This document shows positions 15,214 to 25,200 of a DNA stretch of 32,000 bases, one piece after another. The notes under the pieces were generated by a model. That model did no database searches. It was not told where the DNA came from and saw only the letters and a program-made list of their open reading frames with translations. A program made the translations under genes and the position numbers. Source of the DNA: Desulfobulbus propionicus DSM 2032 (lineage in GTDB: Bacteria; Desulfobacterota; Desulfobulbia; Desulfobulbales; Desulfobulbaceae); assembly GCF_000186885.1 (NCBI RefSeq), contig NC_014972.1, positions 3,690,001 through 3,722,000 of the forward strand, in the 5' to 3' direction. Each line of letters begins with the position of its first letter. Within the stretch, counting starts at the first letter, position 1.

Positions 15214-15532
15214 AATCGGAAAACAACGGCGGGTCTGGCTCAATCATCTGTGCGCCCGGGGGTGGAGCCGTCGTCTCGAATAAATGGAACTCCAAACTTC
15301 CTTCAAGAATCTGAAACGTGCCGATATAGTGTCCCGGATCGTCTGGCAAGGCCGTATTGGTCGTATAGATGCCAAGATACCGCTCTTTCACGGGCATATC
15401 CGGATCCACTAGCACCCACATCAAGGGGGCCGTGTCGCCCTTGGTCTGCACCGTCAAAATTTGTCCGCCATGCGGGATAGGGATCGACTGGAGTCGATTG
15501 GGTGTCAGTTCAAACTTCCAGATAGTTTTCAT
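15206..15532 (-). CDS. conserved hypothetical protein (small beta-rich family often seen in phage and prophage contexts)
   Basis: 108 aa, MKTIWKFELTPNRLQSIPIPHGGQILTVQTKGDTAPLMWVLVDP..YIGTFQILEGSLEFHLFE. I recognise the MKTIWK(F/Y)EL..G..iL.Vq....p.lW.lVDp pattern from uncharacterised DUF-type proteins. Its start overlaps the upstream ORF as ATGA. Confidence 0.55.
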   Translation of the reverse strand: MKTIWKFELTPNRLQSIPIPHGGQILTVQTKGDTAPLMWVLVDPDMPVKERYLGIYTTNTALPDDPGHYIGTFQILEGSLEFHLFETTAPPPGAQMIEPDPPLFSDFK

Positions 15533-15780
15533 GGGTTGACCTGTTCATTAACCTTTGGAAAAGGAACAATATACCACGGCTGCCAGCGCATCATGACAGC
15601 CATGCCCTTACGTGGGTCGTCTTTTACCGTTGTTGTCCCATTGATGCAATCACATCCCTTACCGGCCGAAGATCCACAGCCATTTTTCGAGATCATCCTT
15701 GCGGATTTTGGCAATTCTGTTATCTGTGCGGTTGTTTTTTCAATGACCGTGAACGGATGCCGGAGCATGTCCCTCTCCAC
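15529..15780 (-). CDS. hypothetical small protein
   Basis: 83 aa with no family recognised. It is translationally coupled to the downstream ORF. Its start lies only about 35 nt from the divergent transketolase start, so the true start may be internal (MLRHPF). Confidence 0.35.
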   Translation of the reverse strand: MERDMLRHPFTVIEKTTAQITELPKSARMISKNGCGSSAGKGCDCINGTTTVKDDPRKGMAVMMRWQPWYIVPFPKVNEQVNP

Positions 15781-15813
15781 CGTTCCTCGAACTTTTTCCC
15801 ATTAGGATATGTT

Positions 15814-17706
15814 ATGAATTTCCCGATTGATTTGTCCGCGTACACCCCTCTGCGCTTTTCCGTCGATCAGCAAGGGCTCGATCTGGAGCAGCGCACCACC
15901 TTGATCCGCAATATCAACTTGGTGCGCGACAGTATCGTCTTTTTTACCGCCTTGGCCAATACCAAAGGCCTGGGGGGACATACCGGCGGCGCCTACGATA
16001 TTGTTCCCGAACTGCTGATTGCCGACGGGTTCATCAAAGGCGGTGACTCCTGCTATCCGGTCTATTTCGACGAAGCCGGTCACCGGGTGGCTATTCAGTA
16101 CCTCATGGCAGTGCTTAACGGCTACCAGCCAGCCGAAGCGTTGCTCCATTACCGGGAATTCGGCAAGGGATTGTACGGCCATCCCGAGCGCAACGAGGCA
16201 GAGGGCGTCTTCTTCAGTTCCGGCCGCCTGGGCCACCTGTGGAGCCATGTCAACGGCGTGGCCGAGGCGAATCCGAGCCAGAAAATCTTCCTGTTCGGCA
16301 GCGACGGCTCCCAACAGGAGGGCGATGACGCCGAGGCGGCCCGTTATGCGGTCGCCAGAAAACTTAACATCAAATTGCTGCTCGACGACAACGACGTCAC
16401 CATCGCCGGCCATCCGACTTCTTACATGCACGGCTATGATCTGTTGCGAACCTTGAGCGGTCACGGACTCGCGGTCCAGAGTTGCCAAGGTGAGGACATC
16501 GACAGCCTCTTTGCCTCTATTCGCCAGGCCATCGCTCACGACGGCCCAGCGGCGGTGGTCATCAAGCGCAAGATGGCGGTCGGCGTGGCCGGCATCGAAG
16601 GGTTGCCCAAGGGGCACGACGTCATCCCTGTGCCCATGGCCATTGACTACCTCACCGCCAAAGGGCACACCGCCGCAGTGGCCATGCTCCAGCAAGTGCC
16701 GGCCAAGGCGACGAAGACCGAATATCGCGGCAGCTCGACGGAATCGGCTAAAAATCGGGACGAATTCGGCAGGATCATCAGCGACCTGATCAAGGGACTC
16801 GACAATCCCGCATCCAAGGTTCTGGTGGTCGATTCCGACCTGGAAGGCTCCTGCGGTCTGCACCATATCCGCAAGAATTGCCCGGAGGTTTATGTCCATG
16901 GCGGCATCATGGAGCGCAACAACTTCTCGGTGGCTGCCGGTTTCGGCTCCACCTCCGGCAAACAGGGCATCTTCGGTACCTTTGCCGCCTTCCAGGAGAT
17001 GGTGATTTCCGAGATCACCATGGCCCGGCTCAACCAGGCCAATGTACTGGCCCACTTTTCCCATTCCGGGGTGGACGACATGGCCGACAACACCTGCCAT
17101 TTCGGTATCAACAACTTCTTTGCCGACAATGGCCTGGCCGAACACGACCGAACCCGGCTCTATTTTCCTGCCGATGCCCTGCAACTCAAGGCCATCCTCA
17201 CCAAGGTGTTTCATGACCAAGGCTTGCGGTTCGTTTTCTCCACCCGATCCGGCACCCCTTTCATCCTGCGGGAAAACGGCGAGAAATTCTTCGGCGACGG
17301 CTACACTTTCTCCCCGGATCGCGACGAAGTCATCCGTGAAGGCCGAGACGGCTATATTGTCTCCTACGGCGAGATGCTCTACCGCTGTCTCCATGTGGTG
17401 GAACTACTCAAAGACGAGGGCATTCAGCTTGGCCTGATCAACAAACCTGTCCTCAACGTGATCGACGAGGCCATGCTTGCCAAGGTAGGCGCAAGCCCCA
17501 TGGCCCTGATCATCGAAACCCAAAACAGTAAGACCGGCTTGGGCATCCGCTACGGCAGCTGGTTGCTTGAACGTGGTTTCACACCAAAGTACGCATATAT
17601 GGGCACATGGAAAGATGGCGCAGGCGGTCTGTCCGAACAGATTCCCTATCAGGGGATGGGAACCGAGGCCATCCGCGACAAGGTGCTGCAGATGCTTCAG
17701 GGATAA
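15814..17706 (+). CDS. transketolase family (thiamine-diphosphate-dependent) protein
   Basis: I start it at ATG 15814 (MNFPIDLS..), with AGGA upstream. The TPP-binding signature is LFGSDGSQQEGDDAEAARYAVARKLNIKLLLDDNDVTIAG. The N-terminus is atypical (GGHTGGAYD) compared with canonical TktA. Confidence 0.85.
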   Translation: MNFPIDLSAYTPLRFSVDQQGLDLEQRTTLIRNINLVRDSIVFFTALANTKGLGGHTGGAYDIVPELLIADGFIKGGDSCYPVYFDEAGHRVAIQYLMAVLNGYQPAEALLHYREFGKGLYGHPERNEAEGVFFSSGRLGHLWSHVNGVAEANPSQKIFLFGSDGSQQEGDDAEAARYAVARKLNIKLLLDDNDVTIAGHPTSYMHGYDLLRTLSGHGLAVQSCQGEDIDSLFASIRQAIAHDGPAAVVIKRKMAVGVAGIEGLPKGHDVIPVPMAIDYLTAKGHTAAVAMLQQVPAKATKTEYRGSSTESAKNRDEFGRIISDLIKGLDNPASKVLVVDSDLEGSCGLHHIRKNCPEVYVHGGIMERNNFSVAAGFGSTSGKQGIFGTFAAFQEMVISEITMARLNQANVLAHFSHSGVDDMADNTCHFGINNFFADNGLAEHDRTRLYFPADALQLKAILTKVFHDQGLRFVFSTRSGTPFILRENGEKFFGDGYTFSPDRDEVIREGRDGYIVSYGEMLYRCLHVVELLKDEGIQLGLINKPVLNVIDEAMLAKVGASPMALIIETQNSKTGLGIRYGSWLLERGFTPKYAYMGTWKDGAGGLSEQIPYQGMGTEAIRDKVLQMLQG

Positions 17707-17759
17707 CCCCCCGCAATCGTCTCGACAGCGGCGACTTTGCCGCTGTACACCAAAAAAAA

Positions 17760-17799
17760 AACCGGAAATGCTTTTGTCATGACATTTCCGGTTTTTTTT
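17760..17799 (+). terminator. intrinsic terminator after the transketolase gene
   Basis: 11-bp stem AACCGGAAATG / CATTTCCGGTT (17760-17770 and 17783-17793) followed by a T-run. It is preceded by an A-run, so it may be bidirectional. Confidence 0.75.
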
Positions 17800-18010
17800 A
17801 GACTACCTTAAAAAAACCTCTTTTTCGTTTCCACGAGTCGATAAATAGGTACTTTTGTTCAACCAACCACCACCGTCGATTGGTCATGCCTCTCCCGGGT
17901 TGCGGATGAGCTTATTGGCTGCTATTGGCGAAAAGTTTTAAATAATTACAAGGAATGGATAAGCTTGGAACATCGTTCTATCCTGCACCTCACCTTGACA
18001 AAATAATTTT

Positions 18011-18805
18011 ATGGCTGGCATCACCGACATCCACACCCACGCCTTTCCCGACGCCATCGCCCGCAAGGCCATCCCCACCTTGGAGCGAGACGGCAACATC
18101 AAAGCCTATCTCAACGGCACGGTGGCCGACCTCTTGGCCTCCATGGACCGTGCCGGCATCGAGCGCTCGGTGCTCTGTTCGATCGCTACCCGACCGGAAC
18201 AGTTCGCTCCCATCCTCGCATGGTCCAAGGCCATCCGCTCCGAGCGGATCATTCCTTTCCCCTCGCTCCATCCCGAAGACCCGCAACTGCTCGAACACTT
18301 GGAGATGGTTCACGCCGATGGATTCAAGGGGGTGAAGATGCACTCCTACTATCAAGACTATTTCCTCGACGACTACCGGCTCTTCGAGCTGTACGAACGC
18401 ATGGGCGAGCTGGGCACCATCCTGGTGATTCACGCCGGCTACGACATCGCCTTTCCCCGCATCCGCAAGGCCGACCCCCAGCGGATCGTCGCTGTCTGCC
18501 GCCAGTTCCCCAAGCTCAAACTGATCGCCACCCATTTGGGGGGCTGGGATGAATGGGCGGACGTGCGCACACTGCTCACCGGCGAACCGATCTACATGGA
18601 GATCTCCTTTGCCCTCGATTTCCTTGATCAAAAGCGCCTGCGCGACATCCTGCTCAACCACCCGGCCGAATATCTGCTGTTCGGCACTGATTCGCCGTGG
18701 ACCGATCAGGCTACCACCCTTAGGATGCTTGGCAAATTGGGCCTGCCGGACTCGCTGTTTGAACGGATCACCAGCACCAATGCCCGACGGCTGCTGGATG
18801 CATGA
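18011..18805 (+). CDS. amidohydrolase-family metal-dependent hydrolase (TIM barrel)
   Basis: 264 aa. It has the N-terminal HxH motif (ITDIHTHAFPD), plus later GVKMHSYYQ, ILVIHAG and LLFGTDSPW, typical of the amidohydrolase-2 type. Confidence 0.8.
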   Translation: MAGITDIHTHAFPDAIARKAIPTLERDGNIKAYLNGTVADLLASMDRAGIERSVLCSIATRPEQFAPILAWSKAIRSERIIPFPSLHPEDPQLLEHLEMVHADGFKGVKMHSYYQDYFLDDYRLFELYERMGELGTILVIHAGYDIAFPRIRKADPQRIVAVCRQFPKLKLIATHLGGWDEWADVRTLLTGEPIYMEISFALDFLDQKRLRDILLNHPAEYLLFGTDSPWTDQATTLRMLGKLGLPDSLFERITSTNARRLLDA

Positions 18806-18825
18806 AGATGAAATAACGGAGGTGG

Positions 18826-19119
18826 GTGATGAACGGGAACCGGACAATCGTGCAGGCGATCATCCTCGCCCTGGGGCTGGTGACCTTGGCGGGTTGCGCT
18901 CCGCAGCGTCAATGGTCAAAACCAGGACTCAATCAGGCCGATTTCGACCGTGATGCGGCCCGCTGTCGGCGGGAGGCCGCCGTGTCCACCCAGCGGGACC
19001 CCTTTGCCCCTGATGCGGGGCACGGTCTGGAACGGGCAAATGTTCAGGAAAAACTTTTTGAGCAGTGCATGACTGCCCGCGGATACCGCTTGGTCGAGGG
19101 CGAGGAATCTGGACGATAA
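18826..19119 (+). CDS. small lipoprotein, unknown function
   Basis: 97 aa. Signal peptide plus lipobox (AIILALGLVTLAGC). RBS GGAGG. A GC hairpin lies just downstream (about 19129-19143). Confidence 0.7.
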   Translation: MMNGNRTIVQAIILALGLVTLAGCAPQRQWSKPGLNQADFDRDAARCRREAAVSTQRDPFAPDAGHGLERANVQEKLFEQCMTARGYRLVEGEESGR

Positions 19120-19189
19120 GATAAAGAGGCGGGGCCCGCCCCTCCGTTTCGAGGCCGGTTACGTGAAAGTCATCGTGCTGAAGATTCTC

Positions 19190-19615
19190 TCATTGATCTG
19201 GAAGCGCATGCATTTCATGCATGTGCCCCCATTCTTGCATTGTGAACCTTTCCCGTAATTTGGGAACGTAGACGCTCGGATGATCGTCACTAATGGCAAT
19301 CTTCTCCGGCCATTCAAGCGGGGCAAAATTCGCCATTTGATTGATGACCTTGAGATCGCTTTCTCCCTGTGATTCTTGCCAGGCGCGCGGTAAGAGATGG
19401 TGTCGCTCGAGGGGCTTCTTTTTCGTTTTAAGGGCCGGATCAATCAGATCGCTCACCTTTTTATGCGAGAAAAGAACCGGAGCCCCAAGCCGATTTTGAG
19501 CGGCGATGTAAGCAAAAAGTTGGGAATTCCGTGCGGATGAACTCTCAAGTGTGTTCGCAGGGATATCATAGCCCGTCAGTTGCCGGAGGCGCCGAAGAGG
19601 AAAGATCCGACGCAC
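19190..19615 (-). pseudogene. 3' fragment of a larger nuclease-like gene (His-Me-finger type C-terminus, GmrSD/DUF262-DUF1524-like)
   Basis: Only about 130 codons of sensible sequence remain (..LFAYIAAQNRLGAPVLFSHKKV..PLERHHLLPRAWQ..VINQMANFAPLEWPEKIAISDD..). There is no credible N-terminus and no RBS. The HH..P / N..N..LE spacing resembles C-terminal nuclease domains of much longer defence proteins. The family assignment is from memory. Confidence 0.4.
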
Positions 19616-19910
19616 ACAGCAAGCGGCATGGAAATCAAAAGAACGGCGGGAAACGCAAGAGGACGGTGCTCGAATGAAGTTCCAAAAGTCACCGTATTAA
19701 ATGGTATCGGCCTCGCCACCTGCCAATCAATTGCAAGGGGGCTCACTTACTTTATTGTTCTCGACAATTAAAAGACGACCTGCAGCCCGGCGGCAGACCG
19801 CTATTGGGTTCGGCGGTTTTAAAAAAATGAAAATTTTGTACAGGAGTTGTACAAATTGCCCTAAAAACAAAACAATCACTCACCAGAATCTAGGCAAGTG
19901 GCTGAATTAT

Positions 19911-19987
19911 TGGCGCGCCCGGAGGGATTCGAACCCCCGGCACTCGGATTCGAAGTCCGATGCTCTATCCAGCTGAGCTACGGGCGC
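19911..19987 (-). tRNA. tRNA-Arg (anticodon UCG)
   Basis: The minus strand folds as a 77-nt cloverleaf: GCGCCCG TA GCTC AGCTGGATA GAGC A TCGGA CTTCGAA TCCGA GTGCC GGGGG TTCGAAT CCCTC CGGGCGC G CCA. All four stems pair, with one G-U in the T stem. The CCA end is encoded. Confidence 0.95.
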
Positions 19988-20129
19988 GTCGATGCGTACG
20001 GGTATCCGCTGGTCGAGCCAGCGACGTAGACGATGATCGCCGTGTGGGTGGCGATCCAAATGAAAAACCATTTTACCCGGAAACCAGCGGCCACGTCAAC
20101 CCTGCCGCGCTGAGGAGCGGAAAAATCGC

Positions 20130-20663
20130 TCAGGCAAGGAGCCGCGGAGCATCCTCCCAGGGGTGGCGCATGGCCTCCAGCAGCCGCTGCGGATCGGTGT
20201 AGGCGGCCAGTCGGTCCCGGTTGGCGTCAAGCACCGGCAGGGCTTTGGCGGCCAGCTGTGCCGTGGCGTCGACAAAGCCGTACTCCCGCTTGATGTAAAC
20301 GCCGGCCGCCCGGATCATGGCTTGAAGAAAGGCTTTTTCCGTTCCTTGGGCCCTATGCCAGGCTTGCTCCAGAATCTCGTGGACCTCGAAATGCAGGCCC
20401 AGATCCCAAAGGACCAGCCCCTGCCAGAGTACATCTTCCGGTCCAGAGGCGATGCCATCGAGGAAGCGCGCGTACCGCTCCAGGCGATCGTGGATGTAGG
20501 CCACCTGCTCCGGGCCAGGCCGGGCAGCGAGAAAACGATCCGCCACCCCCTGGGCCGGGGCGAGACGTTGCTCGCGCAGACAGGCGGGCAGCGCGGCCGA
20601 CAGTTGGTTGCGGATGTCCCTGCTCAGCCGGTCACGGAACGGGTCAAAGGGATGATGAATCAT
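20130..20663 (-). CDS. DUF309 domain protein
   Basis: I start it at ATG 20661-20663 (MIHHPFDPF), with GAGGAG upstream. It has a DUF309-like core (LWDLGLHFEVHEILEQAWHRAQGTEKAFLQAMIRAAGVYIKREYG). Confidence 0.65.
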   Translation of the reverse strand: MIHHPFDPFRDRLSRDIRNQLSAALPACLREQRLAPAQGVADRFLAARPGPEQVAYIHDRLERYARFLDGIASGPEDVLWQGLVLWDLGLHFEVHEILEQAWHRAQGTEKAFLQAMIRAAGVYIKREYGFVDATAQLAAKALPVLDANRDRLAAYTDPQRLLEAMRHPWEDAPRLLA

Positions 20664-20771
20664 TTGTCGCTCTCCTCGCCAATCGGGTATAGTGCCGCCA
20701 CATGCGCTGGCCGCCACCCGGACCGCGCCATGCTTCCTCCATGATTGTCCCTCTTTTCATAAGGCAGACCG

Positions 20772-20972
20772 ATGAAACTGTATAGCTGTATTACCGGACC
20801 GGACGACGAAACCTTTTGCAAACGCGTGTCCGACAAGCTCAACCGCGGCTGGCAGCTCCATGGCGGCCCCACCCTGACGTTTGACGGCAGAACGGTGATC
20901 GCTGGCCAAGCCCTGGTCAAGGAAGTCGAGGGCGAAGTCTTCACCATGGACACCACGATCAGCGCCTACTGA
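20772..20972 (+). CDS. DUF1737 domain small protein
   Basis: 66 aa, MKLYSCITGPDDETFCKRVSDKLNRGWQLHGGPTLTFDG.. This matches the DUF1737 pattern as I recall it. It ends 18 nt before sbcD. Confidence 0.6.
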   Translation: MKLYSCITGPDDETFCKRVSDKLNRGWQLHGGPTLTFDGRTVIAGQALVKEVEGEVFTMDTTISAY

Positions 20973-20990
20973 TCCGATCCGTTCTCCGAC

Positions 20991-22229
20991 ATGCGGCTGA
21001 TTCACACCTCGGATTGGCATCTTGGCCACCGCTTCCATGGGCGGCAGCGGCACGAGGAGCAGGGCCGTTTCCTGGACTGGCTGGTCGGCTCGATCGAGGA
21101 GCAAGGAATCGAGGCCCTGCTGGTGGCGGGCGACATCTTCGACACCACTGCCCCCGGCAGCCGGGCCCAGGCCCTCTATTATCGCTTCCTCCACCGGCTG
21201 GCCAGCTCCCCTTGCCGTCATGTGGTGATCACCGGCGGCAATCACGATTCGCCCGCTCTGCTCGAGGCGCCGCGGGAGCTGCTGCGCCAGCTGGACATCC
21301 ATGTGGTCGGCATGGCCGACGGCAACCCGGACAAGGAGATCCTGTTGCTGCGCGATGGTCAAGGTCTGCCCGAACTGTTGATCTGCGCCGTGCCCTTTCT
21401 TCGCGACCGGGACATCCGCCAGGCAGCGGCCGGCGAGACCCTGGAGGAAAAAGGCCGGCAATTGCGCGAGGGCATCCGCGCCCATTACCAACAGGTATGC
21501 GAACTCGCCGATCAACGGCGCAGGGAGATCGACGCCAACCTGCCTCTGGTGGTCATGGGCCACCTCTTTGTGGCCGGCGGACGCACGATGGAAGGTGATG
21601 GCGTGCGCGAACTGATGGTTGGCGGCCTGGATCGGATCGACAGCAGCAGTTTTCCCGAATGGATCGATTATCTGGCCCTCGGCCATCTCCACCATGGTCA
21701 GCAGGTGGCCGGCAGCCCCACGCGGCGTTATTGCGGAGCACCGCTGCCGATGAGCTTTGCCGAGGCCGGTCTGCGCAAGGAAATCCTCCTCCTGACCACC
21801 CGGGGACGAGATGTGTCGGTAACGCCGTTGACCGTGCCGGTGTTCCAGTCCCTGGCCTCCTTGCACGGCGATCTGGACCAGTTGCTGGCTGGCCTCGCGC
21901 AACTGAAAATCCATCCCGACCCCGCCTGGGTCGAGCTGATTTACGAAGGGGAAACGGTTGTTCCCCGCCTGCGCGACGAGTTGCTGGCGGCGGTCGAAGG
22001 ATCGGCGCTGAGCGTGCTGCGCATCCGCGACAGCCGCATCTATGATTATGTCCTGCGCCAGGCCCAGGAAGCGGAATCGCTCGATGATCTGAGCGTGGAC
22101 GAGGTGTTTGAGCGCTGCCTGGAGAGCAACCATATCGAGCAAGGACAGCGGCAGATACTGCGCGGGGCCTTTGCCGAAATCGTGGCTGCTGTGGAACACG
22201 GGACCAGCGCCCCAGAGACGGCGCCATGA
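20991..22229 (+). CDS. sbcD: exonuclease SbcCD, nuclease subunit D
   Basis: 412 aa. Calcineurin-like phosphoesterase motifs are MRLIHTSDWHLG, LLVAGDIFD, VITGGNHDS and VMGHLFVAGG. Its 3' end overlaps sbcC by 4 nt. Confidence 0.92.
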   Translation: MRLIHTSDWHLGHRFHGRQRHEEQGRFLDWLVGSIEEQGIEALLVAGDIFDTTAPGSRAQALYYRFLHRLASSPCRHVVITGGNHDSPALLEAPRELLRQLDIHVVGMADGNPDKEILLLRDGQGLPELLICAVPFLRDRDIRQAAAGETLEEKGRQLREGIRAHYQQVCELADQRRREIDANLPLVVMGHLFVAGGRTMEGDGVRELMVGGLDRIDSSSFPEWIDYLALGHLHHGQQVAGSPTRRYCGAPLPMSFAEAGLRKEILLLTTRGRDVSVTPLTVPVFQSLASLHGDLDQLLAGLAQLKIHPDPAWVELIYEGETVVPRLRDELLAAVEGSALSVLRIRDSRIYDYVLRQAQEAESLDDLSVDEVFERCLESNHIEQGQRQILRGAFAEIVAAVEHGTSAPETAP

Positions 22230-25200
22230 GGATCCACGCCGTCCGTCTGCGCAACCTCAACTCGCTGGCCGGAACCTGGGTCATCGACTTCACCGCTCCC
22301 GAATACACGGCCTCGGGCATCTTCGCCATCACCGGTCCCACCGGAGCGGGCAAATCCACCATCCTGGACGCCATCTGCCTGGCCCTGTTCGCCCGCACTC
22401 CCCGCCTTGGCCATATCAGCAAGGGCAGCAACGAGATCATGTCCCGCCGGACCGGCGACTGTTTTGCCGAGGTCGAATTCGAAACCCGGCGGGGCCGCTT
22501 TCGCTGTCACTGGGCCCAGCATCGCGCCCGCCGCAGTCCAGAAGGCGAGTTGCAGCCGCCACGGCATGAAATGGTCGACGCCACCAACGGCAAGGTCCTG
22601 GAAAGCCGCAGCAAGGAAGTCGGTCGTTTGGTGGAGCAAGTGACCGGCATGGATTTCGACCGGTTCACCCGCTCGATCCTGCTCGCCCAGGGGGAGTTTG
22701 CCGCCTTCCTCGAGGCCGACGCCGATCAACGCGCCCCGATCCTGGAACAGATTACCGGCACCGCCATCTATTCGCGCATCTCCATGGCCGTGCACGAACG
22801 GACCAGCGAGGAACGACGGAAAACCGAGCTCATCGCGGAAACCATGGGCAGTGTCTCGCTCCTGAGTTGTGATGAAGAGCAGGCCCTGACAGCGGCAATC
22901 AACGAACAGATGGCAACGGTGACCGCTCGACAGCGGCAGTTGGCCGAGCTCTCCCAAGCCCTGCACCGGATTGCCACCATCGAGTCGTTGCAGGTCCAGT
23001 TGGCCGAGACCGAGAGACTGCTGCTCGAACTGACCCGCCGCCGCGACGAGGACAAGGAGGTATTCCTCCGGCTGGAACGAGGCCTGCGCGCCCAGTCGCT
23101 GCTCGGCGACCACAACCGGCTCACCGAGACGGAAGGACGCCTGACCGGCCTGCGCGCCAAAAACGAGAGCCTGCGCGCTTCCCTGGAACAGCTCCGGGGG
23201 CAACAGCGGCAACGAGCCGAGGAATTGGCCCTGGCCGGTCTGCAACGGGAAGAACAGGCGACGCTGCAGCAACGGGAACAGGAGACGATCACCACGGTCT
23301 GCGCCCTGGACCTCCGCATCCACGAAAAGAGAAAACATCTCTCCCAGGCAACCGCCGCTCACCGACAAACCGCCCAGGAACGGGAACGGCTGCACCAACA
23401 GCGCCAGGAGCTGGACAAGCAGCTGATCGAGACAGACGCCCGTCAGCAGCAGCTCGACGCCTTTTTCCGTGCCCATGGAAATGACAGTCTGCTGGTGGAA
23501 CAGTTGGCCGGGTATCGCCAGCAGCTGAACCAACTGGGAGGCAAGGAACAAGGCCTAGAGCGGATGGAACAACGGTTGCGGGAGCTGCGGACCAGCCGAA
23601 CCGCGACCCAGGAGCAAATGGCCCGTCTCGGCGACGAGGAAGCGCGGGCAACCCAGACTCTAACCGTTTTGCGGCAGCGGCTGCGGTTACTGGAAACCCA
23701 GCGGGACGACCTCTTGGCCGGCCAGCCCCTCGCCGAATGGCGGCAGCAGGTAGAGGCCGAGGAGCTGCGACTGCGGCAGGTGGAAAAGGCCGCCGAACTG
23801 CTGCACCAGCAGCAACGCCTGGACATGGAGGCAGCAGCGCTTGACCGCCTGCTCCGAGACACCCAGGTTCGCATTGAGCGGGAGAAACACGAACTGCGGG
23901 CACTGGAAGACAAACGGTCGCTTCAGCAGCAGGTGGTGGCGCAGTGCGAGCGCAACCAGCAGCTGGCCCTGCGGATCCGCGGCTATGAACAAGAGCGTTC
24001 CCGGCTGGTGGAGGGACTTGCCTGCCCGCTGTGCGGCGCCACCCATCATCCCTTTGCCGAACATGGCGTGGAGGAGGCAATCATCGGGGACGAACCTGTT
24101 GCCGAGGCCCGCGCGGCCCTGGAGCGGATGACGACCGATATCGGCCAGCGGCGGGAGAAGTTGATCGGACTGGACAAGGACAGCGAACACGGCCAGCTGG
24201 CCCTGAACCGGGTGCGACAACAGCGATTGGAGCTGGAAGCAACGCTCACGCCGTTGCTGCCGCTGTTGGGCCAAACGGAGGATCGGTCCGCCGGGGCAAC
24301 CCGGACCCTGGCACAGGGACGGGAGCGGATCGCCGCCCTGCGCGACCGCCTTCGAGCCGTCGAGGACCGGGAAAGCGAACTTCAGCGGCTGCGCGCCCAG
24401 CTGGAACAGCACACGGTCCAAAGCAGCGAGCTGCAGCAACAGGTGCAGACGGCCCGACACGCGCTGACAACCATCGACCAGGATCTCTTCCATCTGGAGG
24501 GACAGCGCGACGAGGAACGGGCCTGGATTGCAGACTGCCGCCGCATCCTCCGGGATCACCTCCGGCCCCTGGGCATTGACGACTGTCCGCCAGGACACGG
24601 CCACTCGCTGCTGCTGCACCTGGAAACCCGCCTGCGGAACTGGAAAGCGCAGCAAGAGCAAATGGATCGCCTGACTCGTCTCCGCTCCAATCTGCAAACG
24701 GAACGGGACAAACTCGACCTGCTGCTGACCACCACGATCGACCGGCTGGCACAGCAGGAGGGGGAACTGGAGCGGATGCGGCGGGAACAGGCCGGGTTGC
24801 TGGCGGAGCGGTTTGAACTCTACGGCGACCGCGATCCCACCATGGAAGAACAGCGGTTGAAAACCCTGGTGCAGCAGGCCGAGGCCAAGGAACAAGGTAT
24901 CCGGAATCAGCTGATCGAGGTCGAACGGGAGCTGTACGGTCAGGGCGAACAGCTACGCCTGAACAGCGAGGAACTGGACACCCTGGGACCGCGGGTCCGC
25001 GAGTTGAAAACAGGTCTGCTGGCGCGGCTGGTCGAGGCCGGCTTTATCGATCGGGATGATGTTCTTGGCAGCCTGCTGGCGGACGAAGAGCTGGCGGAAC
25101 TGGACAAACACCGGCAGACCCTGGACAGGGAACAGACCATGCTCACCGCCCGCCTGACCGAGCAACGCGCGGCCCTAGCCCGCGAGCAGGCCCTGCGGGA

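Noticed and set aside
15802-17394. 530-aa ORF on the minus strand
   Set aside because: It lies entirely antisense to the well-supported transketolase-family gene. The translation is low-complexity and Gly/Ala/Val/Asp-rich, typical of shadow ORFs in GC-rich DNA.
17990-18847. 285-aa minus-strand ORF and alternative + frames (17955..18335, 18220..18552, 18549..18953)
   Set aside because: They overlap the amidohydrolase gene, whose frame carries the HxH motif and other conserved motifs. The alternatives are Pro/Arg/Ser-rich.
20757-24895. Long minus-strand ORFs (20757..22199, 21553..22440, 22046..23551, 23289..24080, 23687..24895)
   Set aside because: They are antisense to sbcD and sbcC. No motifs are present, and they are rich in Gln/Leu/Gly/Arg/Pro as expected from the reverse complement of a GC-rich coiled-coil gene.
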